From: Candidatus Kaiserbacteria bacterium
GTDB lineage: Bacteria > Patescibacteriota > Minisyncoccia > Phycocordibacterales > UBA2100
Length of the DNA stretch: 64,000 nt
Assembly (NCBI GenBank): GCA_028286585.1
Contig: JAQBRI010000007.1
Location: 18,479 to 82,478 of the forward strand
Direction: 5' to 3'
The notes beneath the pieces were generated by a model. That model was not told where the DNA came from. It worked only from the letters and a program-made list of their open reading frames with translations, and did no database searches. Shown in pieces: positions 47,306 to 56,661 of this stretch. Every line of letters starts with the position of its first letter. The stretch's first letter is position 1. The translations under genes and the position numbers were made by a program.

Positions 47306-48172
47306 TCACATTATTTGCTGAAGCAACTCAACATCAGTCTTATGGTTGCCTCGTATGCTGCTTATGCTGCCGTCGAGAAACGTGCCAGGCAAAAGCCATA
47401 TCCCTATTCCTCCCAAGAAGTCCAATAGGCGATGTCTGGCAAGCTCTTCCAACACTTTGCCCGGATTTTTCTCACTTTGTGCCCATAGCACTCCATTATA
47501 ATGGGGCCAATGCAGTCCGCGGAGAATCGGTCGAAGCCAGTTTGGCTGACCCAGAGGACGCGATCGCATTATGTCGATCAATATCCTCTGGCTCAAAACA
47601 TCACTCCAGACATGAGTTCCCCATTGAGAATATTCAAGCTCAATAGTAAATCCGCAGATATCACCCGGCTGCGTACAAATTGAAACAATCCGTTTCTTTG
47701 TAGGATCAGGCGAAAAGTCTCCGTATTGTGTAAATGATTGCACAGCACCTTTCCATCGCTGTGATGCGGGAGAAAGATAGCCGTCTGGGATCAACTGATC
47801 GGCAATTGCTTCCCAGAACATTTTCGTGCATCCATCATAAGGAAGCCAGTGCGTGTTTGAATATATCCGTACTGAATCAAGCCCAATGAACCGCAAAGGA
47901 AAAAGATGCTCCACGACATGCATCTCATGTATGCCGCTCTTAAGAAAGAGGTGATGATGCCCGTACCGCAACAAATCGACGGTAATAGCGATGTCTTTCC
48001 CGTCAATATTCCAAAACCATCCCGGCTTGTCTGTAGGCTCTAGTATGATTTGCGCTTGACGCCCGAACACATCACGCCCGCGCATGGTTACAGAGTTTCT
48101 GAGACGATATTTCTGCACGACGGCCCCCCTACCTATAAGAGATAAAGATCGCAACTGTGAAGATCTAATCAC
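47306..48172 (-). CDS. LpxC-family (UDP-3-O-acyl-GlcNAc deacetylase-like) protein
   Basis: HEMHVVEHLFPLRFIGLDSVRIYSNTHWLPYDGCTKMFWEAI aligns with the LpxC core (VEHL..L.G.D...I......P..DG....F); C-terminal LARHRLLDFLGGI...GNHKTDVELLQQI matches the RHK.LD.iGDL...GHaln..LL motif. Confidence 0.6.
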   Translation of the reverse strand: MIRSSQLRSLSLIGRGAVVQKYRLRNSVTMRGRDVFGRQAQIILEPTDKPGWFWNIDGKDIAITVDLLRYGHHHLFLKSGIHEMHVVEHLFPLRFIGLDSVRIYSNTHWLPYDGCTKMFWEAIADQLIPDGYLSPASQRWKGAVQSFTQYGDFSPDPTKKRIVSICTQPGDICGFTIELEYSQWGTHVWSDVLSQRILIDIMRSRPLGQPNWLRPILRGLHWPHYNGVLWAQSEKNPGKVLEELARHRLLDFLGGIGIWLLPGTFLDGSISSIRGNHKTDVELLQQIM

Positions 48173-48208
48173 GTTACTTGCCTTTTAACAAGGAGAATAA
48201 GAACGTGA

Positions 48209-48808
48209 TTATTCGCTCATTGGTTCGAACGATGCATCTGAAACGTCATCGGTATTTGTGTTACCTTGCTGTCGCTTGGATCCGCCTTTTCGTTGTGGGC
48301 GATAGTTAATTAGGTAACGTCGAGGATCGAGGTCGAGATCAAGAAAATGATCCGCAACTTCCTTAAGTTTGCCTGATGTTGAGCGGCCAAATGATACTAC
48401 TTCTACCTGACATCCTGCATGGATTTTTAGATAGTCGACAAGCGGCACAAAGTCGCCGTCACCGGTAAAGAGAATAATTGTGTCTAACTTTTCGGATGCC
48501 GTGATTGCGTCAACCGCAAGTCCGACGTCCCAGTCGGCTTTTTTTGCTCCTCCATAAAAGACCTGAAGGTCTTTTGTTTTGGACTCGATGCCCATATTGG
48601 TAAGAGCGTCGAGAAACGCTGTTTCCTCGCCACTTTCTGTGGTTACAAGGTATGCGCGGGCACGAATAAGTCTGCGATCGGAAACCGAATCAGTGAGAAC
48701 GTTTCCAAAGTGGACACGTGCGTGATAGAGGTTCTTTGCGCTGTGATAAAGGTTCTGTGTGTCGATAAAAACTCCGACACGCTGATCCTGGTGTTTGATA
48801 ATACTCAT
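48209..48808 (-). CDS. NYN-domain (LabA-like) protein
   Basis: VGVFIDTQNLYHSAK and GDGDFVPLVDYLK motifs typical of the LabA/NYN PIN-like fold. Confidence 0.65.
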   Translation of the reverse strand: MSIIKHQDQRVGVFIDTQNLYHSAKNLYHARVHFGNVLTDSVSDRRLIRARAYLVTTESGEETAFLDALTNMGIESKTKDLQVFYGGAKKADWDVGLAVDAITASEKLDTIILFTGDGDFVPLVDYLKIHAGCQVEVVSFGRSTSGKLKEVADHFLDLDLDPRRYLINYRPQRKGGSKRQQGNTNTDDVSDASFEPMSE

Positions 48809-49053
48809 ATATAAATGATTACTAACTTATAAAAATGTAAACGTCGAACAATGTATTAAAATTACTCAATATATTATAGCATTTAAAAAATTGAGCATAA
48901 TTCTAGGCGGCCAATAAAAATAACTTGAGCCAGTACCTAAAGTACACTTCTGTTTTTCTAAACGGATTACCGTTTGTAAAACATGGGCGTACTACTGTAT
49001 GGTGAAAGATATTTTTTGAAGGGCAACAACGAAGTGTGCCAATTTTGTAAGTG

Positions 49054-49320
49054 CTATCGCTTTAAACCGAGCTTCTTAACTATAGAAGCATGAGACTTCT
49101 TATTAGTCGCCTCCAAGTATTTCAAATGCTTGCGTCGAGTAGCAACAAGTCCCAAAAGTCCTCTTCGAGAATGAATATCTTTAGTATTTTTCGTCAAATG
49201 AGCCGAAACTTCTTCAATACGCCGACTTAAAAGAGCAATCTGGACTTCGGATGAGCCAGTATCACTCTCGTGGAGACGTACCTTTGTTATTTCGTTCTGC
49301 TTCTTGCGCTTCGTTAACAT
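49054..49320 (-). CDS. rpsO: 30S ribosomal protein S15
   Basis: 88 aa, GSSEVQIALLSRRIEEVSAHLTKNTKDIHSRRGLL canonical S15. Confidence 0.9.
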   Translation of the reverse strand: MLTKRKKQNEITKVRLHESDTGSSEVQIALLSRRIEEVSAHLTKNTKDIHSRRGLLGLVATRRKHLKYLEATNKKSHASIVKKLGLKR

Positions 49321-49381
49321 GCCCGAATGATAGCACGCAGACGGTAAATATGCAAGTACTGAGGGTTTTTGGCCCTAAAGC

Positions 49382-49954
49382 TTACTTTTTGGTTGCTGTA
49401 GTTGTAGCAGGCTTCTTTGTTGCTGGAGTTGTTGAGGTTGCCTGAGCTGCTGCTTGTGCTGCCTGAGCTTCTGCGACTGTCTGTACAGCTACCAATTTGA
49501 CGTCAAATTGAATAGTTGAGTTAGCGGGAATGATTACCGTACCAGAAGCATCCTTGATGTCTTGTGCCCCATATCCAAGCGCTGGTGGAATAGCGATTAC
49601 TCGTTCTCCTCCGACTTTCATACCGTTTACACCAATCTGAAATCCAGGAATCAAGCCCTGTGCTCCGAGTTGGAAGATAAGTGGCTGGTTTCCGTGTGCT
49701 GCTGAGCTATCAAATACTGTGCCGTCTGGAAGTTTACCGGTGTAGAGAACAGAAACAACCAAATCAGGCTTTGCTTCTGCGCCTGTTCCGACTACTACAT
49801 CCTGTGCCTGTACCTGACTTGTAGTTGCAGTTTGTGCAGTTGTAGTTGCAGTTTCTGCCGTAGTAGTTGTTCGAGACATACTAACCGCGTATACGATGCC
49901 AACAATAATAAGAATTCCAATAATAGCAATAACAATTGTTCGTGTGTTTATCAT
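49382..49954 (-). CDS. membrane-anchored FKBP-type peptidyl-prolyl cis-trans isomerase
   Basis: N-terminal TM, Thr/Ala linker, FKBP domain GAQGLIPGFQIGVNGMKVGGERVIAIPPALGYG. Confidence 0.8.
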   Translation of the reverse strand: MINTRTIVIAIIGILIIVGIVYAVSMSRTTTTAETATTTAQTATTSQVQAQDVVVGTGAEAKPDLVVSVLYTGKLPDGTVFDSSAAHGNQPLIFQLGAQGLIPGFQIGVNGMKVGGERVIAIPPALGYGAQDIKDASGTVIIPANSTIQFDVKLVAVQTVAEAQAAQAAAQATSTTPATKKPATTTATKK

Positions 49955-50029
49955 ATACCTAAAAGCATACTCGTCTCCTCGATATATGCAAGCTTTTTTG
50001 AGTGTGGATAATCAATACAATGATACGAT

Positions 50030-50941
50030 GTGTGTATGGCGGATTTGAAAGCAATGAAACAGCAGTTTTTGGAATACATAGAGATCGAAAAAGGCCGCAG
50101 TGTAAAGACGGTCGAGAATTACGACCGCTACCTCACGCGCTTTTTAGACCATACCAAGGTAAAGACCGCCGAAAACGTGACGGAATCAATGGTTCGCGAA
50201 TTTCGTTTGTGGCTTAATCGCCAACCGGGCGTGTCTGGCGACATGAAACGCAAGACCCAAAACTACTACATGATTGCGCTCCGCGCTTTTCTCAAATACA
50301 TGCGTCGCAATAATGTTAAGTCACTCGATCCAGAGCGAATCGAGCTTGCAAAGGTTGGAGCACGAGACTTGGACTTGATTACCGCAGCAGAGCTTGATCG
50401 TCTACTTAATGGTCCCAATGGAACCACGACACAATCATTGCGCGATAAGGCAATACTCGAGCTATTTTTTTCAACTGGGCTTCGCGTGTCTGAACTTTGT
50501 TCTCTTAGTCGTGATCTCGACCTTTCGCGTGACGAGTTTTCGGTGCGCGGCAAGGGCGACAAGGTGCGCGTAGTCTTTCTCTCCTCCTCTGCAAAAGATG
50601 CCATACGAGCATACGAAAAAAAACGCACCGACCTCAGTGACGCCCTTTTTGTGAATGTCAGTAAAATAAATGCGACCAACAAGAACGATAGACTCACCTC
50701 CCGCAGTATTGAGCGCATTGTAAAAGGCTATGCCGTCAAGGCTGGTATCACCCGTAAGGTCACTCCCCACGTGATTCGCCACTCATTTGCCACAGACCTG
50801 CTCGAAAATGGCGCCGATTTGCGTAGCGTGCAGGCACTCCTTGGTCACGCCAATATTGCCACAACGCAGGTCTATACCCATGTGACCGACAAACACCTTC
50901 GCGAAGTCCACCAAAAATTCCACGGCAAACGCCGCGCTTAA
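50030..50941 (+). CDS. tyrosine site-specific recombinase, XerC/XerD type
   Basis: N-terminal core-binding domain, catalytic R...HxxR...Y (HVIRHSFATDLLENGADLRSVQALLGHANIATTQVYTHV). Confidence 0.85.
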   Translation: MCMADLKAMKQQFLEYIEIEKGRSVKTVENYDRYLTRFLDHTKVKTAENVTESMVREFRLWLNRQPGVSGDMKRKTQNYYMIALRAFLKYMRRNNVKSLDPERIELAKVGARDLDLITAAELDRLLNGPNGTTTQSLRDKAILELFFSTGLRVSELCSLSRDLDLSRDEFSVRGKGDKVRVVFLSSSAKDAIRAYEKKRTDLSDALFVNVSKINATNKNDRLTSRSIERIVKGYAVKAGITRKVTPHVIRHSFATDLLENGADLRSVQALLGHANIATTQVYTHVTDKHLREVHQKFHGKRRA

Positions 50942-51001
50942 ACAAAACTGCGCCATATATATTGGCGCAGTGAAAACTAACAATATCTAATTTTTTTGAT
51001 T

Positions 51002-51499
51002 CTATTCATCTTCTCCAATTTTCCATATTTTGGAATCGAAGTCGAAAAAATCCACTACATCTGTAATTTCGAGGTGACCCCTGATCTCGCCTCCGTCAGG
51101 AAAATGCTCGCCAGTGAGAAGAAATACAACGTAACAAGGGTCTTCGTTATACTCTTGGATATACATTTTCCAATTTGAAAGCAGGTCATCAAACCCGGCT
51201 TCCAAATACATGTCATGAAATTTGCTATCCGCTTCCTTCATATGCTCGAGAAACATTTGATATTGGTCGACTGTTAGAAGTGTCAGGTTCTTCCAGCCCA
51301 TCGATTGATAATCATTTAGTTGCAATATCACCTGTTTCCGTTTCAACAGCCCCCAACTCTTTTTTTCTGTAGTCAGTATGAATTGGAAATCGATACCTGT
51401 ATCGTCTTGAACTATGGCCTCAAGGTCAATCACGGTTTCGTCTTTTAATTTTATTCCCTCGGGAAGTTTGAATAAATGAGTTACTTCACGTTTAGACAT
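51002..51499 (-). CDS. acidic cytoplasmic protein, unknown function
   Basis: 165 aa, no TM, no recognisable motif. Confidence 0.4.
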   Translation of the reverse strand: MSKREVTHLFKLPEGIKLKDETVIDLEAIVQDDTGIDFQFILTTEKKSWGLLKRKQVILQLNDYQSMGWKNLTLLTVDQYQMFLEHMKEADSKFHDMYLEAGFDDLLSNWKMYIQEYNEDPCYVVFLLTGEHFPDGGEIRGHLEITDVVDFFDFDSKIWKIGEDE

Positions 51500-51564
51500 T
51501 TTTCTCTCCTTTAGTTAAAGAGGTGCTGCATATAAATAGACTATGTGCAGTGCATAAAAGAATG

Positions 51565-51918
51565 TCACTCGGACGCTCTCTTTGCTACATCCTTAGGATG
51601 CATCCGAAATGCATAGCGCGTCGCAAATCGAAGATCGCTAAGTAAGCAGTTAATCTCAGGGTGTCTATCATATGGATAAGTTTTAACGATGTTACGTACA
51701 AGAGTATCGAGATTATAGTCTTGCGGCAGCTGATCAATAAGCCAACCTTCGGATGTTGTGATCAAAGAATCATCATCTAATGTAACTGTGGCAACCAGGT
51801 TTCCTAACTCGCCCTCACTATCGATATATTCAACTAATTCAGCAAAGATTTCTGGAGTTACTTCTGCCCCAGACAAGATAACACCCATTGCCGCCGCTAC
51901 ATTCAGGTCGATTTTCAT
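51565..51918 (-). CDS. small protein, unknown function
   Basis: 117 aa ORF, no recognisable motif. Confidence 0.4.
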   Translation of the reverse strand: MKIDLNVAAAMGVILSGAEVTPEIFAELVEYIDSEGELGNLVATVTLDDDSLITTSEGWLIDQLPQDYNLDTLVRNIVKTYPYDRHPEINCLLSDLRFATRYAFRMHPKDVAKRASE

Positions 51919-51965
51919 GGCTCGCTCCTTTATTTACTACGGTAATTATACCCCAAAATATAGTA

Positions 51966-52053
51966 TTGTCAATAATATTAATGACAAAAATACGGGCATA
52001 TTTGTCTTTATTTATGGTTTGTTATACAATATTGTCATAAATAAATATGACAA
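51966..52053. promoter_or_regulatory. two TTGTCA-N10-TGACAA palindromes (51966-51987 and 52032-52053); the second overlaps the ATG of the TrmB-like gene
   Basis: Exact 6-bp half-sites in inverted orientation with identical 10-bp spacing, both AT-rich spacers. Confidence 0.55.
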
Positions 52054-52802
52054 ACCACATTGACCAGTCTTTGCTTCTCCGTCTCTCTGAAGTGGGCCTG
52101 AACGACAATGATTCAAAAGTATATATATACCTTTTACAGCTTGGCCAAATAATTGGAGGTTCGAAAATTGCCTTGCAATTGGGCATGCATCGACAATATA
52201 TCCATACTTCATTACAGAAACTCATAAAACTTGAATTAGTCGAAGAAATACCTTCTGGTGCTCGGAATAAGTATCGCGCGCTACCACCAGCCCATTTGGA
52301 GCGTCTTGCAAAGTCACATTTACATAATATTCAACGCGTAGTTCGTGAATTAAATGCAATTTCAGCAATAGGAGCAGAACAGGACTTCGAAATATACCGT
52401 GGCATCAATCAAGTTGTAGAATTTGAGGAAGAATTAGTGCATTCCCTGCCACCAAATACTGAACAATATATTATCGGAGGAGGATCTAAGGCCTTTATCA
52501 CTTTTTTTGGAGATAGGTTTGAAGAAATTACCGGCGATGCTGCTACCAAGGGTTTAAAAACAATGTACGTGGGTGCTCCTGATGAATTACCTTGGCTTGA
52601 AAGGGCGCAAAAAGCAAATAAACTTTTTGAATATAAAATTATAGAAACCATGCCTACTACAATTGTTCAGATGGTTATTCGACTCGACAGCGTAACCTTT
52701 TGTAGCTACGCAACCCCGCCGCTTGTGTATGTTGTGAAATCGAAAGCAGTATACGAGGACTATAGAAAGTTTTTCGATATGCTTTGGAATATGGCGATGT
52801 AG
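52047..52802 (+). CDS. TrmB-family winged-helix transcriptional regulator (paralog 1)
   Basis: N-terminal wHTH LSEVGLNDNDSKVYIYLLQLGQIIGGSKIALQLGMHRQYIHTSLQKLIKLELV; about 250 aa with C-terminal sensor-like domain. Confidence 0.6.
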   Translation: MTNHIDQSLLLRLSEVGLNDNDSKVYIYLLQLGQIIGGSKIALQLGMHRQYIHTSLQKLIKLELVEEIPSGARNKYRALPPAHLERLAKSHLHNIQRVVRELNAISAIGAEQDFEIYRGINQVVEFEEELVHSLPPNTEQYIIGGGSKAFITFFGDRFEEITGDAATKGLKTMYVGAPDELPWLERAQKANKLFEYKIIETMPTTIVQMVIRLDSVTFCSYATPPLVYVVKSKAVYEDYRKFFDMLWNMAM

Positions 52803-53570
52803 CTATTTCGCGGTTGATTGTACGTAATTAAATATTTGTTTCATCGCATAAGCGATTGTTTCGTCTTCGATAATGAGTGCCACTGGATTTTCTTGCGAGT
52901 AAGAAAGAATACTCACTTTGTGATCATAGATGCAGATTTCTGTATTGAAATTATATTCAGCCGGAATAAACGAGGCAACTCTCCCCTTCTTTGCATCATC
53001 TTTGGTTGCCTCTATCGCCTTTTGTGTTGCTGGCACGATATATTCGGCTTTGATACTGCGCTTGTTGCGCTGATCAATAAAATAATCCATCCATGTTTGT
53101 GTCATCGACGTCACTGCCCCCTCAAGACCAGTAAGAGCGTAGATCATTTTTTCGTTGTTGTGTTCGAGCATGTCTTCGTACGCCTGCTCGACTCCGCTTA
53201 TGCCTTCAAAAAATTGCACTTTGGGCAGTACTTTGCCTTTGTTGCGCATAAGAAGTAGTTGAGGAATGACGCCCTCGAGGTCTTTTTTGCTCGACAAGAG
53301 TTCATCGCGCTTGCGCTCGACGTACCCAGGTAACATCTCGGGTGCAATAGATTGGTAGCGGGTAGCACTTTCGTTTTTATTTACGGAAGAAACAAGACCT
53401 TTTCCCGAAAGTTCCTTGAGTAAGCCATAGGTGGTGGTGCGATTGAGCTTTGCTATTTTTGATACATTTGTGGCCAGCATTGGTCCGTTTTGAAGCAATA
53501 CCAAAAGTACTGCTACCTCTTTGTCTGCCAAACCGATATTTATCAGGGCTCTTTTGATTGCTGGAGGCAT
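52803..53570 (-). CDS. TrmB-family winged-helix transcriptional regulator (paralog 2)
   Basis: INIGLADKEVAVLLVLLQNGPMLATNVSKIAKLNRTTTYGLLKELSGKGLV. Confidence 0.6.
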   Translation of the reverse strand: MPPAIKRALINIGLADKEVAVLLVLLQNGPMLATNVSKIAKLNRTTTYGLLKELSGKGLVSSVNKNESATRYQSIAPEMLPGYVERKRDELLSSKKDLEGVIPQLLLMRNKGKVLPKVQFFEGISGVEQAYEDMLEHNNEKMIYALTGLEGAVTSMTQTWMDYFIDQRNKRSIKAEYIVPATQKAIEATKDDAKKGRVASFIPAEYNFNTEICIYDHKVSILSYSQENPVALIIEDETIAYAMKQIFNYVQSTAK

Positions 53571-53714
53571 GTGTGTAACAGTATATTGTTGTCTAAAATT
53601 GTCAACATTTCATTATATTTTGATTGAAATTTAGTTTAAATTAAGGTTAAATATTGTCAGAACAACCGAACAGACGTTCGGAACATTGGACTGCCCTAAG
53701 GAGGGGCTTAGATT

Positions 53715-54146
53715 ATGAACGATCAAGTAATCGCTCCCGAAACGTACGACTCGTTTCGGAATACGACGAAGATGGCGACAGTTGTCTATTCTTCTGGCAC
53801 GAAGCCCGGGTCGCCCATAGTGGCGCTACATCAGCATGTTATTGATGCTGTCGTAGATGTATTTGAATTTCCAAAGGATAAAGAATACCCACATGATTGT
53901 GGGGCGGTTGACTTAAAGGGGCATATCTTCTATTGGCAAATCCTCAAACGCTCAGAAGACCCTGAAAATTCAAACGGTCGGCACTGGTGCCTGTATAGTA
54001 GCACTGACCTGTTTCGCTATCGCAAAAAGGTAGGGATTGGGCAAAATCCTACCCCAGAAGCCGAAGCAATGTTCGAAACACATGTGCTGGTGATCTGGAC
54101 TCCTGGCACCTTCGACCCTTCTTACATGATTCACCCGCAGCCATAG
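53715..54146 (+). CDS. hypothetical protein
   Basis: 143 aa ORF between regulator paralogs. Confidence 0.35.
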   Translation: MNDQVIAPETYDSFRNTTKMATVVYSSGTKPGSPIVALHQHVIDAVVDVFEFPKDKEYPHDCGAVDLKGHIFYWQILKRSEDPENSNGRHWCLYSSTDLFRYRKKVGIGQNPTPEAEAMFETHVLVIWTPGTFDPSYMIHPQP

Positions 54147-54158
54147 CTGCGGGTTTTC

Positions 54159-54935
54159 TTATTTCGCGACGTTCCACAGTACTTCGAACAGTGCACGTTG
54201 ACTTACAACTGCTGCTTCGTTTCGCACACGCACAGTTACGACCTCGGGCTCATAAAAGTTAAAACTGACACTGTTGGGGCGAATTGCGATGTTTACGATA
54301 TTTCCAATACCCGGAATAAGCCTTGATTCATTGGTTATTACGCTCTCTTCCCTATTGTGTCGCACATCTTCCCCGCTTCCGATGTATCGGAGTGTTATTT
54401 CCTTTTGTTTACGCAGATCTTCCCATTGGTGTATCCGATCGCCCATTAGCATAACAAAGTTCATGCCGGCACCTCCTACAATGTCTAAAAACTCCCCTAC
54501 CCGTGCTTCTTGTAGCAGCTTAAATTCATCAGCAATTACAGCATATTCTCCTCGTATAACCTCCACAATTCCTGCAGGAGAACGGTCATAGAGTTTCATA
54601 AGATGTGTAACTCCGTCTATAGCGTCCATACGTGCCTTTTCTGCTTCTTGCAAAAGTTTGTCGGGGCTTGTCGCGTGGTATTTGACCTTTCTCCCCTCCC
54701 CGACCACTTGTACAAGTCGCCTTTCTTGCATCTCGTGGAGCGCGTCGTACACGTATTGTCTGTGGAGCTTGGTGCGCATCACGATCACCTTTGGATTGAG
54801 TGGAATCCCCGCTTCAAGCATGACAACATATACCGCTGCTGCCTTTGCAGAAAGCCCTGCTTTAAGCGCAGAACGCAAATAAAAGTTCTCACCCGATTCT
54901 TTTTTATTAGTCATAATTATATGACTATCATACAA
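54159..54935 (-). CDS. TrmB-family winged-helix transcriptional regulator (paralog 3)
   Basis: LKAGLSAKAAAVYVVMLEAGIPLNPKVIVMRTKLHRQYVYDALHEMQERRLV. Confidence 0.6.
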   Translation of the reverse strand: MYDSHIIMTNKKESGENFYLRSALKAGLSAKAAAVYVVMLEAGIPLNPKVIVMRTKLHRQYVYDALHEMQERRLVQVVGEGRKVKYHATSPDKLLQEAEKARMDAIDGVTHLMKLYDRSPAGIVEVIRGEYAVIADEFKLLQEARVGEFLDIVGGAGMNFVMLMGDRIHQWEDLRKQKEITLRYIGSGEDVRHNREESVITNESRLIPGIGNIVNIAIRPNSVSFNFYEPEVVTVRVRNEAAVVSQRALFEVLWNVAK

Positions 54936-54999
54936 AATATAGCCATATATGCAAGTATATTAGTCGTATAAAGATTGAAATAAAAACTATGACTATGTA

Positions 55000-55028
55000 T
55001 TGACATGCGCTTCTTTTAGAGATATAAT
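55000..55028 (+). promoter_or_regulatory. consensus sigma70-type promoter TTGACA-17-TATAAT for the gene starting at 55076
   Basis: Exact hexamers with 17-bp spacer. Confidence 0.6.
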
Positions 55029-55075
55029 ATGTGCAGATTGGTCATTGAGACTTGTCATAGACAGAGGGGTTACTA

Positions 55076-55789
55076 ATGAGCGAATTCAACAAAGACTGGT
55101 TCATCATTTACTCAAAAAAGAGAAATGTTGTACCTCTCAAAACGATCGAAGAGGCCAGAGCCGCCCACCAAGATGCGCCACGCGGTTCAGAGCAAGAGTT
55201 GCTCGCGCTGTCTAAATGGGCCGGACTCTCTTTCCAGGCAGCAAAAAAGGCTAAAAATGCAAAAGAGGCCGAGGAGGCCTGCAAAGCTGCACCTGATAAA
55301 ACTCAGGCTTATTGCCTTGCGCGGGATAAGTGGGATGAATTTTCGATTGTTGACGCAAGGAAGGCAAAAACCCCTATGCAGCTGAGGCGAGTAATCATAC
55401 AAGCTCGGCACGGCTCAAAGGCTATTGATATTGCCTTGAGTCGATGGGAGGAGTTGGCGCTTTTAATGGCCCAAAAGGCATCAGACATTGAAAAATGCGT
55501 GGCTGCTATAGAAGCCTCACCGTCCACTACTTGGTACTCTTCAAAGGCGAGCTCCCTGGCAATAAGCAAGCGGAATGCCTTTTTGCAAATAGAGCTCGAC
55601 AAGGCTATGACATATGAAGAAGTTTCCCGGGTCTTCATCATGTGCAGCGACATGAACTTAAAAGGAACTGATATTTATAAACATGCTGGAATGCGTGTGA
55701 ACCAGTTTTACAATAAGCTTCATCGTCGTAAACAAATTGATGTCGAAAGTGAAGATGTACACTGCTCAAATGGATCAGTATATTACTAA
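55076..55789 (+). CDS. hypothetical helical protein
   Basis: 237 aa, Lys/Ala/Glu-rich, no recognisable motif. Confidence 0.4.
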   Translation: MSEFNKDWFIIYSKKRNVVPLKTIEEARAAHQDAPRGSEQELLALSKWAGLSFQAAKKAKNAKEAEEACKAAPDKTQAYCLARDKWDEFSIVDARKAKTPMQLRRVIIQARHGSKAIDIALSRWEELALLMAQKASDIEKCVAAIEASPSTTWYSSKASSLAISKRNAFLQIELDKAMTYEEVSRVFIMCSDMNLKGTDIYKHAGMRVNQFYNKLHRRKQIDVESEDVHCSNGSVYY

Positions 55790-55920
55790 AAATGACAGCG
55801 GATCGAGAGATCCGCTGTTTTCTCTATATCTTTCACGTGTAACAGGAATTGAGGTGTTATTCGTTGCTAAGTAACTAAATACATACACCTTTTAGGTTAA
55901 ATTATCTAAAATTATATAAA

Positions 55921-55994
55921 GTGTGCCACGTGTAACCTAAAAAGTGTAAGTATTTGGGATACTATCTTACTTTTATCGGTTACACGTGGCACAT
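55921..55994. repeat. 16-bp inverted pair TGTGCCACGTGTAACC ... GGTTACACGTGGCACA (GTTACACGTGGCAC motif) between convergent genes
   Basis: Exact reverse-complement copies about 42 bp apart with partially complementary spacer. Confidence 0.65.
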
Positions 55995-56085
55995 GTTGCC
56001 AAAGGCTTGCTTATGGTCCGAGATAGCGCGCTGGATATCTAACTTGGATCTGCTTTCTGCAAATTCCAACCTAAACCTACCTTTT

Positions 56086-56523
56086 TTAACGCGAGGGTCG
56101 ATCTTTGAAGATTCGTCGCACAAGAAGTGCCGTTGGAAGTAGTGCAAGGAATTCAAAGATTATCCACGGACTTGCAAAGAACGGTAGAAAGTCAGGATTG
56201 AAGGTTTCGAAGGGAAGTGTCATGCATCCATAGGAGAATGAAAATGGAATGAGGGAGAACCAGTAAAAGCACGCTCGCATAAAGAAGTCATCGTCTTCTG
56301 ACTTTGATTTTATCTCCGTCTCATACATCAGCGAAGCTAGGAAAAACCCTCCGCCCCACAGCGAACAAAAGCCAACTGCGAGCGGAACAGTACCGTCATG
56401 CCGTGGCCATGCTCCGGCTCCGGCGATGCTGCCAATGTACACAAAGATAAGAGAAATAGTAACTGAAAGAATGACGAATATTGCTCTGCTCATTTGCATG
56501 ACATAATCTCCTGTTTTGAACAA
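56086..56523 (-). CDS. small polytopic membrane protein, unknown function
   Basis: About 4 TM helices. Confidence 0.4.
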   Translation of the reverse strand: MFKTGDYVMQMSRAIFVILSVTISLIFVYIGSIAGAGAWPRHDGTVPLAVGFCSLWGGGFFLASLMYETEIKSKSEDDDFFMRACFYWFSLIPFSFSYGCMTLPFETFNPDFLPFFASPWIIFEFLALLPTALLVRRIFKDRPSR

Positions 56524-56623
56524 CCCGAGTCATTTTACGCGTATTCTACTGTCGTGCGAGTAAAGGAAAAGCCGATTTTTACTCCCCAAAATACTCAATA
56601 AAATAAAGATATACACAGTATTT

Positions 56624-56655
56624 TATATGTCCAAAAAGTGGACATATAGTATAAT
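56624..56655. promoter_or_regulatory. palindrome TATATGTCCA-N5-TGGACATATA overlapping a TATAAT -10 element upstream of TrmB-like paralog 4
   Basis: 10-bp perfect arms; TATAAT at 56650-56655; ATG at 56662. Confidence 0.55.
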
Positions 56656-56661
56656 GCAACA

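Noticed and set aside
48809-49053. AAACGG-atta-CCGTTT hairpin as terminator
   Set aside because: No flanking T-run on either strand; likely just AT-rich leader of rpsO
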